From: Polyangiales bacterium
GTDB lineage: Bacteria; Myxococcota_A; Polyangia; Polyangiales; Polyangiaceae
Length of the DNA stretch: 64,000 bases
Direction of reading: 5' to 3'
Assembly (NCBI GenBank): GCA_038231275.1
Contig: JBBRLQ010000005.1
Span: forward strand, 96,001-160,000
In this document: in pieces, positions 9,811-21,071 of the stretch
How positions within the stretch are numbered: position 1 is the first letter of the stretch
How the letters are laid out: each line of letters starts with the position of its first letter
The notes under the pieces: generated by a model
Database searches by the model: none
What the model saw: only the letters and a program-made list of their open reading frames with translations
Told to the model about the DNA's origin: nothing
Position numbers and translations under genes: made by a program

Positions 9811-11372
9811 GCGCGAAGAAGAAGCTCCTCGGCCTCGACCCCGCGCAGCTCACGGCGGTCATCGGCGTCGTCGCGGCGTTCGTGATCGCCGTCTTCGCCA
9901 ACGTGCTCGCCGCGCGCCGCTACACGCGCTGGGACTGGACGACGGCGCAGCGCTACTCGCTCTCGGCGGCGACGAAGACGACGCTCCATGGCCTCGGCGA
10001 GCCGGTCGATCTGTGGGTGCTCATGGGCGGCGCCGATCCACTGGAGCAGAGCGTGAAGCAGCTCCTCGTCTCGTACGAGGCGGAGACCAGCCAGCTTCAC
10101 GTCCACTACGTCGATCCCGATCGTGACACCGCCGAGCTCGAGGACGTCCGCAAGCGCTTCAACATCCAGGCTGGCGTGACGCAGGACGGGCACGTCGCGA
10201 CCGACGCGATCCTCGTCGTCGCCAAGGGCGACAAGCACTGGTTCCTCGGCGCGTCCGACATGGTGGAGGTCACCAGCGCCGAGGACACGCGCGCGAGGCC
10301 TCGCGAAGAGCAGGCGATCACCTCGGCGATCCGCAACGTCTCGCGCGACGAAGAACGGCCCCGCCTCTGCTTCACCTCCGGGCACGGAGAGCTCGCGCTC
10401 GGCGAAGGGGGACCGCGCGGTCTCTCGTTTCTCCAGGACATCCTCGCCAAGGACAACTACGAGCCGGTCGTCGTCGACACGACCGATCCGAACCTCCACG
10501 AGCCGTTCAAGGGGTGCGCGGTCGTCGTCATCGCGGGGCCGCGCGGCGATTTCCCGAAGGACGAGGAGGCGCGCCTCCGGACCTACCTGCTCGAAGGCGG
10601 GAGCCTGCTCGCGGCGCTGTCGCCGATCAACGCATCGAACGAGACGGGGATGGTTCCTCCCGGAATCGGCGACGCGCTCGCGCCGTTCGGGATCGGCGTC
10701 GACGACGATCTGGTGTTCGAGACGGATCCGGCGCTCGTCCTCCCGAGCTCGCGCAACATCCGATTCTACGCGAACGCAAAGCCGCACCCGGTCACCGCGG
10801 GGCTCGTCCGCAGCGACGAGGTGCACGATCCGCCTCGCGTTTCGCTGCATTTTTCGCGATCTCTGAAGCACGTCGCGCCGCCCGGGGCGGTCCCCGCGGT
10901 CGATCTCTTGGCGACCAGCGACAAGGCGTTCGCGGTCACCAGCATCGTCGGCGCCGCCGACTGGAAGGAGATGCCGACCCCGAAGGACACCGAGCCGAAG
11001 GGCTCGCTCGTCCTCGCGATGGCCAGCGAGCGCGCGAAGACGTCGAAGGACGCGCCGCACGGCCCGCGCGTGGTCGTCATCGGGACCGCCAGCGTCCTCA
11101 TCCGCCAGAACTGGGAGGAGCCGATGCCGCTCCGTGGCTCGGTCTTCCTCGTCGAGAGCGCGATCTCGTGGCTGGCGTCCAAGCCGGAGATCCTCGACGT
11201 CCCCGCCAAGCCCGAGGTGTCGGCCGGCATCCGCATCAATGAGGAGTCGCGGAGCGAGGTTCGGCGGTACGTCCTCATCTTCATGCCGCTCGCGGCCGCG
11301 CTGCTCGGCATCGCGGTGGCCTTGCGCCGGCGCTCGACCGAAGGGACGCCGCGGAAGAAGCCGGCCGCGTGA
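9807..11372 (+). CDS. GldG-like ABC transporter auxiliary protein
   Basis: RWDWT..RYSLS..TK, FTSGHGE, VVIAGP motifs; N- and C-terminal TMs. Confidence 0.85.
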   Translation: MSAKKKLLGLDPAQLTAVIGVVAAFVIAVFANVLAARRYTRWDWTTAQRYSLSAATKTTLHGLGEPVDLWVLMGGADPLEQSVKQLLVSYEAETSQLHVHYVDPDRDTAELEDVRKRFNIQAGVTQDGHVATDAILVVAKGDKHWFLGASDMVEVTSAEDTRARPREEQAITSAIRNVSRDEERPRLCFTSGHGELALGEGGPRGLSFLQDILAKDNYEPVVVDTTDPNLHEPFKGCAVVVIAGPRGDFPKDEEARLRTYLLEGGSLLAALSPINASNETGMVPPGIGDALAPFGIGVDDDLVFETDPALVLPSSRNIRFYANAKPHPVTAGLVRSDEVHDPPRVSLHFSRSLKHVAPPGAVPAVDLLATSDKAFAVTSIVGAADWKEMPTPKDTEPKGSLVLAMASERAKTSKDAPHGPRVVVIGTASVLIRQNWEEPMPLRGSVFLVESAISWLASKPEILDVPAKPEVSAGIRINEESRSEVRRYVLIFMPLAAALLGIAVALRRRSTEGTPRKKPAA

Positions 11373-13495
11373 GCCTCCGGCAGCACGCGACCTCGCTCCT
11401 CCTCGTGCTCGCGGCGTGCGGGCTCGGCGCCTACGCGTGGATCGATCGCGGCAGCGTCTCGGTGGGTGAAAAGTCCCGGCGCGATCGCAACGTGTTCGTC
11501 GCGTGGCGGCGCGAAGACCTCACGCGCATCACGCTCGCGCACGGAAAAGACGAGGTCGTGCTGCTGCGCGCGACGAAGGGTGACGGGATGTGGCGAATGA
11601 CGGCGCCACGCGACGGCGAGGTGGACGCGGCGCTCGTCGATCGCTTCCTCTCGACGCTCGAATTCGCGACGGTCGTTCGCAAGGCGTCGGGACCGGTGCC
11701 GGGCTTCGACACGCCGCGTGCGCGCGGGACGATCGAGATGGGCGCGGTGAGGTACGAGTTCGCGCTTGGACCCGAAGCGCCGACGCCGCCGGGCGCTGCG
11801 TATTTTCGGATGAACGGCGGCGATCCGGTTGTCGTCGGCAAAGAGCTGGCGGTCGATCTCATGAAGGGCGTCGACGCGTTTCGAACGCGGACGCTGGTGC
11901 CGTACCTCTCGCTCGATCTGGCGCGCCTGGAGGTCCACGGGCGCGCGAGCTCACTCGTGCTGGAGCGAAAAGGGAACGAGCGCGCGTTCGTCCTGCCGGA
12001 GCGTGGCCTCCGCGCGTCACGCGAGCGGCTCGACAAGCTGTGGCGCGCGTTCGCGGAGATGCGCGCGGAGGCGTTCGTGTCCGACGACGTCGCCGAGGCC
12101 GCCGCGAAGGAGCCGGTGCTGCGCATCACGATGACGCCGAAGGACGGGCGTCCGGCCGGCGAGCTGCTCGTGGGCGGTCCGTGCCCGGGGCAGCCGAACG
12201 ACGTCGTCGTCATCCAGCGCGCGCCGAACAAGAGCGCGGCGTGCGCGCCGAAAGGGATCCTCGAAGGCCTGTCGGTCACGGCGGGGTGGCTCGTCGATAC
12301 GCGTCTCTTCTCTCTGCACGAGGACGAGATCGAAGAGGCCCGCCTCGAGTCGTCGCCGACGGGGGCCGCCCTCGACGTGGCGCGCAAAGGAAGCGGCTTC
12401 CGCGAGCTCGCGCCCGAGACGCGCGACTTGAACGAAGGCGAGGCCGACGCGGCGAAGGTCCTCGTGAAGGATCTGGCGCGTTTGGAAGGCGAGATCGTCG
12501 GCCGCGACGAGGCGAACGCGCTGCGCCGCGGCCTCACCGGTCGCGTGACCGTCACCCACGCCGAGGCCGGCGAAGAAGAGCTCGTCGAGCTGGGATGGGA
12601 GGCGGACGAAGGAAGCCTCTTCGTTCGTCGTCGCGCCGACGGCGCCGTCCTTCGCGTCTCCGCCGAGACCGCGCGCAAGCTCCTTCCGCGGGCGACCGCG
12701 CTTCGATCACGCGCGCTCTGGCCAGAGCCTCTTGCGGGAAAGCCGGTCGCGACGATCGATTCGCGCTGCGGAGGCCTCGTTCAGCATGTCTCGCGTGAAG
12801 GTGACGCATTTCGCCTCGCGGTCGACGGCGTACCGGTCACGCCGGACACGGGGATGATCCTGGACGCGATCGACGCGCTCTCCCGCGCGCGCGCCGAGGC
12901 GTGGGTGGCCGACGCGGACGACGGGAGCTTCGGTTTGTCGCCGAGCTCGTGCACGTTCCGCGTGACCTTCGCCGGCGACGCCGGATCGAACGCCGCGGGC
13001 CTCACGTTCGGCGCGGACGGGGAGGGCGGGACGTATGCGCGCCTCGACGGCGATCGCGCGGTGCTCGTCGCATCGCCGGGTCTGCGCGCCACGCTGACCG
13101 CGCCGTTTCTCGATCGCCATCGCCTCGTCGTCGACCCGTACGCGCTCCGCGCGATCGAGATCGTGCGAGCGGGAGGTAAGGGAGCGCGCCGAATGCTCGA
13201 CCCGCACGGGAAGGACGACGCCGGCATCCTCCTCGGCGACGACGCGGCGACCATCGTGACCGAGACCGTTCACATGGGCCCCGCTCGTCCCAGCGAGGGC
13301 TTCGATGCGTCGATCGAGATCGTCCTTCACCTCGCCCCCGACGGGGGAAAGCCCGACGTCCGGCTCACCGTCGGCGCCTTCGTCGATCGCGGCGGTCGCA
13401 AGATGCGCTTCGTCCGCGTACCCGGCGTCGAGGCCACGCTCGCCGCGCCCGCCGGCCCCGACGACGCGCTCGGCCGCCTCCTCGCGGGGTTTTGA
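11369..13495 (+). CDS. DUF4340-domain membrane-anchored protein
   Basis: N-terminal TM, repeated WRMTAP..VD-type units; usual fourth gene of GldAFG-like operons. Confidence 0.7.
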   Translation: MSLRQHATSLLLVLAACGLGAYAWIDRGSVSVGEKSRRDRNVFVAWRREDLTRITLAHGKDEVVLLRATKGDGMWRMTAPRDGEVDAALVDRFLSTLEFATVVRKASGPVPGFDTPRARGTIEMGAVRYEFALGPEAPTPPGAAYFRMNGGDPVVVGKELAVDLMKGVDAFRTRTLVPYLSLDLARLEVHGRASSLVLERKGNERAFVLPERGLRASRERLDKLWRAFAEMRAEAFVSDDVAEAAAKEPVLRITMTPKDGRPAGELLVGGPCPGQPNDVVVIQRAPNKSAACAPKGILEGLSVTAGWLVDTRLFSLHEDEIEEARLESSPTGAALDVARKGSGFRELAPETRDLNEGEADAAKVLVKDLARLEGEIVGRDEANALRRGLTGRVTVTHAEAGEEELVELGWEADEGSLFVRRRADGAVLRVSAETARKLLPRATALRSRALWPEPLAGKPVATIDSRCGGLVQHVSREGDAFRLAVDGVPVTPDTGMILDAIDALSRARAEAWVADADDGSFGLSPSSCTFRVTFAGDAGSNAAGLTFGADGEGGTYARLDGDRAVLVASPGLRATLTAPFLDRHRLVVDPYALRAIEIVRAGGKGARRMLDPHGKDDAGILLGDDAATIVTETVHMGPARPSEGFDASIEIVLHLAPDGGKPDVRLTVGAFVDRGGRKMRFVRVPGVEATLAAPAGPDDALGRLLAGF

Positions 13496-13501
13496 GGAGC
13501 C

Positions 13502-14098
13502 TCAGCGCTGCAGTGAGGGAGCCTGCTTACCCCAGAGAAATGCGGCGGGAATCGCGACGGCGTCGAACGGTTCCGCGCATACCGCGTCGTCGCCGCCAAA
13601 TGTTCCCACGAGGGCGTAAAGAGCGCCGCCGTGACGGAACACCTCCACAGTCCGCTCGCGCGGATCGACGAGCCACACGTGACCGACGTTCTCGCGGGCG
13701 TAGATGGGCATCTTCTTCATTCTGTCGATGCGTTCGGTTCCAGGCGACAAGACTTCGCACGCCCAGTCGGGGGGGACCGTGATGAACGGCTCGTCCACAT
13801 CGTCCCGATCGACGAGCCTTCCCGCCCGCCACCCGCCGATGTCGGGAACGACGATGTCGGGCTCGGCTCCGAGGTGCAGCTCTGGCTCGACGAGGATGGT
13901 CCATCCGCCTGGGCCGCCCGCACCCACGTGGAACGCGCCGAAAAGAAAGGAACCAAGCCCGGATGCGCTCCGAAGGTGAGAGCGCCGTGGCCGCGGCATC
14001 AGGTGGAGGTCCCCATCGAGGACCTCCGCCGTGACGGTCTCCGGGGCGGCGAGAACATCCTCGTACGTCGCGCGCCTCCGGAGCGGGTTGCCGGCCAT
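13502..14098 (-). CDS. Uma2-family (PD-(D/E)xK) endonuclease
   Basis: AEVLDGDLHLMPRP, EPELHLG, VVPDIGGW, PDWACEVLSP and KMPIYA..VGHVWLVDP. Confidence 0.9.
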   Translation of the reverse strand: MAGNPLRRRATYEDVLAAPETVTAEVLDGDLHLMPRPRRSHLRSASGLGSFLFGAFHVGAGGPGGWTILVEPELHLGAEPDIVVPDIGGWRAGRLVDRDDVDEPFITVPPDWACEVLSPGTERIDRMKKMPIYARENVGHVWLVDPRERTVEVFRHGGALYALVGTFGGDDAVCAEPFDAVAIPAAFLWGKQAPSLQR

Positions 14099-14184
14099 CG
14101 CGAGAAAGTCTAGCACCGGGCCATGGCCCCGTCTTTGGCACGCCGAGGGTAGAGCTCGTGCGCGAAATCGGGTACCTGGAATGC

Positions 14185-15027
14185 GTGGCGAAGCCGATCG
14201 TGAAGTGGGCCGGGGGGAAGACCCGGCTCCTCAAGCACCTCGTCCCCTTCGCCACCGAGCGCAAGATGCGCGTGTACGCCGAGCCGTTCGCGGGCGGCGC
14301 TGCGCTCTTCTTCAAGCTGGCGTCGATGCCGGAGCGGCGCTTCGAGACCGCCATCCTCGCCGATCAGAACCCCGAGCTCGTCGCCGCGTACGTCGCCGTG
14401 AAGAAGCACGTCGACCGCGTCCTCGCTGCGTTGCAGAAGTACGCCGACCGCGAAGATCGCCGCGAGCTCTACTACGAGACGCGCGATCAGCAGACGCAGA
14501 AGCTGAGTGACGTCGAGCGCGCCGCGCGCCTCATCTTCCTGAACCGCACCGGCTACAACGGCCTCTGGCGCGTCAACTCGAAGGGCAAGTTCAACGTCCC
14601 CTACGGGCGCTACAAGAACCCCAAGATCGTCGACCCCGAGCGCCTCCACGCCGCCTCCGAAGCGCTGGCGTTCGCGCAGATCCGTCACGCCGATTTTTCG
14701 GAGGTGTCGAAGGATCGCGAAGAGGGGGACTTCGTGTACTTCGATCCGCCGTACGTACCGCTCTCCAAGACGGCGACGTTCACGGCGTACGCGTCGCAGG
14801 GCTTCGGGCCCGCCGATCAGGAGCGCCTCGCGAAGGAGCTGCGCCGCCTCCAGGGCCGCGGCGTGCGCGCGATGCTCTCCAACGCATGGAACGCCGAGAC
14901 GCGCCGCCTCTACGAGGGCCTCGAGGTCGAGGTGGTCTACGCCCCGCGCGCGATCAACTCCGACCCCACCAAGCGCGGCGAGATCGCCGAGGCGCTCGTC
15001 CGCAACTGGAAGGCCGGGGGTCGCTGA
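14185..15027 (+). CDS. DNA adenine methyltransferase, Dam/D12 class (alternative start 14158)
   Basis: KWAGGK, EPFAGGAA, LNRTGYNGLWRVNSKGKFNVPYG and catalytic DPPY. Confidence 0.92.
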   Translation: MAKPIVKWAGGKTRLLKHLVPFATERKMRVYAEPFAGGAALFFKLASMPERRFETAILADQNPELVAAYVAVKKHVDRVLAALQKYADREDRRELYYETRDQQTQKLSDVERAARLIFLNRTGYNGLWRVNSKGKFNVPYGRYKNPKIVDPERLHAASEALAFAQIRHADFSEVSKDREEGDFVYFDPPYVPLSKTATFTAYASQGFGPADQERLAKELRRLQGRGVRAMLSNAWNAETRRLYEGLEVEVVYAPRAINSDPTKRGEIAEALVRNWKAGGR

Positions 15028-15028
15028 C

Positions 15029-15661
15029 GTGGACGCGCCGCCGCGGCACTCGCACAAGCTCGCGCCCGACGATCACATTCGCCGCAAGGTGAAGGCCGAG
15101 CTCCGCAAGCGCTTGCGAGGCCTCCGCGCCACGACGCCGGCCGATGCCTGCGCCGTGCGATCGGCAAAGCTGGTCCTCCGCCTCGAAGCGCTGCCGCAGA
15201 TCGTCGCGGCGCGCGCGGTCGCCCTCTTCTGGCCCATCCTCGACAAGCACGAGGTGGATCTCCGCCCCCTCGACGCGTCTCTGCGTGCGCGCGGCGTCCG
15301 CGTCGCGTACCCGTCGATCGATCCCGCGACGAAGGACATGTCGTTCCGATTCGTCGAGAGCGTCGACGATCTCGACGAGCGCGGCTTCGGCTTCCGCGAG
15401 CCGCCGCACACCGCCCCTTCGTGCGCGCGCGGAGATCTCGACGTCGTCGTCGTACCCGCGATCGCGATCTCGCCCGATGGTCACCGCATCGGGTACGGCG
15501 CCGGATTTTACGACCGCACGCTCCCCACGGTCGCGCCGCCTGCCGTCATGGTCGGGGTCGCGTTCGACTTTCAGCTCCTCGCCGAGGTCCCGGCCACCGA
15601 GGGGGACGTCGCCGTGGACGTGGTCGTCACCGACGCCCGCGACGTGGTCGTGCGGCCGTAG
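15029..15661 (+). CDS. 5-formyltetrahydrofolate cyclo-ligase
   Basis: [23 protein letters not shown] and DVAVDVVVT. Confidence 0.92.
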   Translation: MDAPPRHSHKLAPDDHIRRKVKAELRKRLRGLRATTPADACAVRSAKLVLRLEALPQIVAARAVALFWPILDKHEVDLRPLDASLRARGVRVAYPSIDPATKDMSFRFVESVDDLDERGFGFREPPHTAPSCARGDLDVVVVPAIAISPDGHRIGYGAGFYDRTLPTVAPPAVMVGVAFDFQLLAEVPATEGDVAVDVVVTDARDVVVRP

Positions 15662-15678
15662 TAGGAAAGAAGTCACAG

Positions 15679-17340
<1,662 letters not shown>

Positions 17341-17362
17341 GCGGCGCGGCCCGATCGGCGGG

Positions 17363-17929
17363 TCAGTTCTTCTTCCGCTTCTTCTTCTGGCAGTCGGGGC
17401 ACACGCCGTACATCTCGTGCTTGTGGCTGCGGAGCTCGAAGCCGTACTTCGCGGCGATCGACTCTTGGAGGACCTCGATCTGCGGCTCCTCGAACTCGGT
17501 GATCGAGCCGCACTCGACGCAGATGAGGTGGTCGTGGTGCGACGTATCGTCGGCGAGCTCGTACCGCGTGAGGCCGTCGCCGAAGCGGCGCTCGAAGGCG
17601 ACGCCGCACTCGGCGAGGAGCTTCAGCGTGCGGTACACCGTCGCGTACCCGACGCGCGGATCCTTGTCGCGCACGACGGCGAGGAGCTCCTCGATGCTGA
17701 CGTGGTTCGGCGCCTCGAAAAACGTCTCGATGATGAGGCGGCGCTGATCGGTCGAGCGGAGGCCCTTCTTCGCCATGTACTGCTGGAGGAGATCCCGAAA
17801 GTGCTCGAAATTGGGCACTTCGCCGCCGGCGTGCGCGCCGTGACCGCCCGAGCGCGCGTCGGCGCGCCTCCCCCTCGGAATGTTCTCGCCCACGTGTGAA
17901 GGAGTCCCCTTGTTCGGCCGCCTCGTCAA
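17363..17929 (-). CDS. fur: Fur-family transcriptional regulator (start uncertain)
   Basis: TDQRRLI, GYATVYRTLKLL, HHDHLICVECG and YGVCPDC. Confidence 0.88.
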   Translation of the reverse strand: MTRRPNKGTPSHVGENIPRGRRADARSGGHGAHAGGEVPNFEHFRDLLQQYMAKKGLRSTDQRRLIIETFFEAPNHVSIEELLAVVRDKDPRVGYATVYRTLKLLAECGVAFERRFGDGLTRYELADDTSHHDHLICVECGSITEFEEPQIEVLQESIAAKYGFELRSHKHEMYGVCPDCQKKKRKKN

Positions 17930-17965
17930 GCCTCACGTCACGTAGAGGTGTATAAGCGCGTTTCG

Positions 17966-19072
17966 ATGCGTGGACGACGGGCGCGGGGTCTCGGGGGATG
18001 GCGGCTCGTCGCGGCGGGCGCCGCCTGGGCGATCGCGTGCGGGGCGCCGGCGCCGGCGCAGGCTCCGTCGCGTGTCGCACCTTCACCCTCGCAGCCCAGC
18101 CCATCGGGCGCGCCAACCCAGTCGGTCGGTGCGGTCGAGCGTCTTCGCGCCGACGCGCGAAAGCTCGAGCCGCTCGTCGGCGCGCCGTTCACCCGACAGT
18201 TCCTCGGCGCGACGTCGGCGCTGCCCCACGTCGCGCCGCGCACGCTCTACCGCGACGAAGAAAAGACCCGCTATTTCACCGCGCGCGAGCACGCCGCACT
18301 CGGCGAGGACGCGCGACGTGGCCTCGTGCGCGACGTCGCCGGAGAGGGCGTCTACTACGAGACGAAGTACGGCTCGCCGCTGTCCTACGCGCGCGCGCTC
18401 GACGTGCTCGCGGAGAACGGCGTCACGCTGCGCGCGGGGGCGCGGCTCATGGACTTCGGGTTCGGCTACGTCGGGCACTTGCGCCTGATGGCGTCGCTCG
18501 GGATGGATACGGTCGGGGTCGACGTCGATCCTATGCTGCGGGCGCTGTACGCGGAGCCAGGCGACCAGGGGACCATCGCGGGGACACAAGGTGCGTCGGG
18601 CGGGCGCGTGCGGCTCGTCATTGGAAAATTTCCGGCCTCGCGAGACGTACGCACGGTGGTCGGGGGCGGCTTCGACGTCGTCCTCTCCAAGAACACGCTC
18701 AAGCGCGGGTACATCCACCCCGAGCGCCCGGCCGATCCGAAGAAGCTCATCGACCTCGGCGCGACCGACGCGGACGTCCTCGCCGCGTTTCACGACGCGC
18801 TGGTCCCGGGCGGCACGATGCTCGTCTACAACATTTGCCCGGCGCCGACGCCGCCCGACAAGCCGTTCGTCCCGTGGTCGGACGGGCGCTCGCCGTTCTC
18901 GAAGGAGCAGTGGAAGGCCGCGGGGTTCGACGTCCTGATCTTCGATCGCGACGACACCGCGACGCTCCGCACGTTCGCGCGCGCGCTGGGCTGGGGCGAC
19001 GATCCCGAGGAGCCCTGGGATCTCGATCGCGATTTGAGTGTAATCTACACGCTTGCGCGGCGTGCCCGCTGA
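17966..19072 (+). CDS. Putative lipoprotein with SAM-methyltransferase-like fold
   Basis: Lipobox AIAC; LMDFGFGYVG, VGVDVD, FDVVLS and ALVPGG motifs. Confidence 0.55.
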   Translation: MRGRRARGLGGWRLVAAGAAWAIACGAPAPAQAPSRVAPSPSQPSPSGAPTQSVGAVERLRADARKLEPLVGAPFTRQFLGATSALPHVAPRTLYRDEEKTRYFTAREHAALGEDARRGLVRDVAGEGVYYETKYGSPLSYARALDVLAENGVTLRAGARLMDFGFGYVGHLRLMASLGMDTVGVDVDPMLRALYAEPGDQGTIAGTQGASGGRVRLVIGKFPASRDVRTVVGGGFDVVLSKNTLKRGYIHPERPADPKKLIDLGATDADVLAAFHDALVPGGTMLVYNICPAPTPPDKPFVPWSDGRSPFSKEQWKAAGFDVLIFDRDDTATLRTFARALGWGDDPEEPWDLDRDLSVIYTLARRAR

Positions 19073-19082
19073 GGGTCGCGCG

Positions 19083-19796
19083 CTACGGGCGCTCGATCGG
19101 GAGACCTTCGGCCTCCCACGCGAGGAGACCTCCTTCGAGGAACGCCACCGGCACCCCGGCCTCCGCGAGGGTCGTCGCGAGGACCTTGGTCTTGTCGCCG
19201 GAGCGGCAGTAGACGACCGGCTGCGCGGCCAGCATGGCGAGTTCGGCGAGGCGCCCCTCGATCTCCTCGAGGGGGATGTTCACGGCGCTCGGCAGATGCG
19301 CCCGGCCGAACGCGGCGGCGTCGCGCGTGTCGACGGGGATCACCGATTTCTCCTTCAAGAGCTGCGCGACCTCGCCCGCCTTCAGCGCGCCCGCGGCGCG
19401 AGGGATGAACGGATCGACCATCTCGTGGAGGCGCTTCTTGCTCAGAGCACCGAACTGCGCGTCGGCGATGCGCTGCTCCGCGAAGACCATGAACGCCGGG
19501 AGCTGCTGGATGCGCAGCTGATTGACGAGGGAAGGAGACTTGTCGACGTCGACGCGGACGACCTTGACCCGTCCGCGAACCTCCGCGGCGAAGGCGTCGA
19601 CCTCCTGCGCGAGGCGCGCCGACACCGACGTACGCGGAGACGAGAACTCGAGGAGGACCGGCAGCTCGCTGCGGAGCACCTCCGCTTCGAACTCGCGATC
19701 GGTGATCGTGACGACGTCCGAACTGCCCTTCTTGCCCGCGCCTGCGCCTGCGCCCGCTCCGCCGCGGGGTGGCACGCCGCCTCCCAGGATCGACAT
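19083..19796 (-). CDS. Thioredoxin-like + rhodanese fusion protein
   Basis: ITDREFEAEVLRSELPVLLEF; DTRD...AHLPSAVNIP, VVYCRSG and LEGGLLAW. Confidence 0.82.
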   Translation of the reverse strand: MSILGGGVPPRGGAGAGAGAGKKGSSDVVTITDREFEAEVLRSELPVLLEFSSPRTSVSARLAQEVDAFAAEVRGRVKVVRVDVDKSPSLVNQLRIQQLPAFMVFAEQRIADAQFGALSKKRLHEMVDPFIPRAAGALKAGEVAQLLKEKSVIPVDTRDAAAFGRAHLPSAVNIPLEEIEGRLAELAMLAAQPVVYCRSGDKTKVLATTLAEAGVPVAFLEGGLLAWEAEGLPIERP

Positions 19797-19835
19797 TTGA
19801 CCTACCGAGCTCCTTCTCTTCGAGATGGCTCGATA

Positions 19836-21071
19836 TCACGCGTGCGTCGTGCCGTCGAACGCCGTGCTGGAGGGGGCGATGGTCGGGCGGTCGCCGTCCC
19901 CCGCGGCGTGCGCGGCGCCGCTGCCGCCGACGGCCGCGTGGAGCCTGGGGTCGAGCGCGTCGCGCAGCGCCTCACCGACGAGGTTCAGGGAGACCACCGA
20001 CAGGAACAGCGAGAGCCCCGGGAACACGAGCAGCCACCACGCCGCCAGGTGATCGCGCGACTCGCTCAACATCTCGCCCCACGACGGGACCGGTCCCGGG
20101 AGACCGACGCGCAAGAAATCCAGCGCCGCCTCGATGAGCACGACCGACGCGAGCCCGAACGTCGCCGACACGAGCACCGGCGCGCGCGCGTTCGGCGCCA
20201 CGTGCCGCCACAAGACGCGCGCCGGCGACGCCCCCAGAGCGCGCGCCGCGAGGACGTAATCCTGCGACGTGATGAGGATGACCTCCGCTCTGACGAGCCG
20301 CGCCACTTCGGTCCAGCGCGTGAGCGCCAGCGTGATGAGCAGTGTAGCGGTGGTGGGGTGCGGGACGAGCGCCTGCACGACGAGGACGAGGATCAGCGTG
20401 GGAAACGCGGTCAGCGTCTCGACGATGCGCGAGACGAGGCCATCGAACGGACCGCCGAAGAAGCCAGCGAGCGCGCCGAGCAACGTCCCGAGCGACACGA
20501 ACGCGAGAACGGCGAGCAGTGCGATCGACATCGCGGTGCGGGCGCCGTGGACGAGGCGGGCGAAGACGTCGCGACCGAACGCGTCGGTCCCCAGCGGGTG
20601 CGCGCGCGACAGAGACGGCGCGACCAGCGGCGCGACGTCGGCGCCGGACGCGGTCTGCCTCGGCCCATACGGCACGAGCGGCGCGAGCGAGAACCCTCCG
20701 GGCCCGGCCTCCGCGGTGACGCGCGCGTTGTCCCACCCCGCGAGCGCCGCCGGGTGGGTCACCGCCGGGAGCACGTACGTCGTTCCTTGCACTCTGCATA
20801 GAATTGGGAGATCGCTCGCCAGCAGATCCGCGAACACACTGAGGAGGAACAGCCCGCAGATCGCGACGAGCCCCAGCATCGCGTGCCGGCTCCTCCGCAT
20901 CCGCGCGAGGACTTGGCGCATCGTCCCTTCGGGCGCCGGGACGAGCGCCGGCGGCGGCATGCTCGGGGGAACCCGCTCGCTCGGCGGAGGCGCGACGCTT
21001 CTCTTGCGCGTCTGGAGCGGCATCGCCCCGTCGAACGGCTCTTCGCCCGGCGGCGTCGTTCGCTCGGTCAC
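19836..21071 (-). CDS. Peptide/nickel ABC permease (OppC/DppC family)
   Basis: HPLGTDAFGRDVFARLVHGAR, DYVLAARALGAS and PSWGEML. Confidence 0.9.
   Translation of the reverse strand: MTERTTPPGEEPFDGAMPLQTRKRSVAPPPSERVPPSMPPPALVPAPEGTMRQVLARMRRSRHAMLGLVAICGLFLLSVFADLLASDLPILCRVQGTTYVLPAVTHPAALAGWDNARVTAEAGPGGFSLAPLVPYGPRQTASGADVAPLVAPSLSRAHPLGTDAFGRDVFARLVHGARTAMSIALLAVLAFVSLGTLLGALAGFFGGPFDGLVSRIVETLTAFPTLILVLVVQALVPHPTTATLLITLALTRWTEVARLVRAEVILITSQDYVLAARALGASPARVLWRHVAPNARAPVLVSATFGLASVVLIEAALDFLRVGLPGPVPSWGEMLSESRDHLAAWWLLVFPGLSLFLSVVSLNLVGEALRDALDPRLHAAVGGSGAAHAAGDGDRPTIAPSSTAFDGTTHA

Noticed and set aside
15000-15030. 6S RNA expected upstream of 5-formyl-THF cyclo-ligase
   Set aside because: No intergenic space; the methylase ends 1 nt before the start
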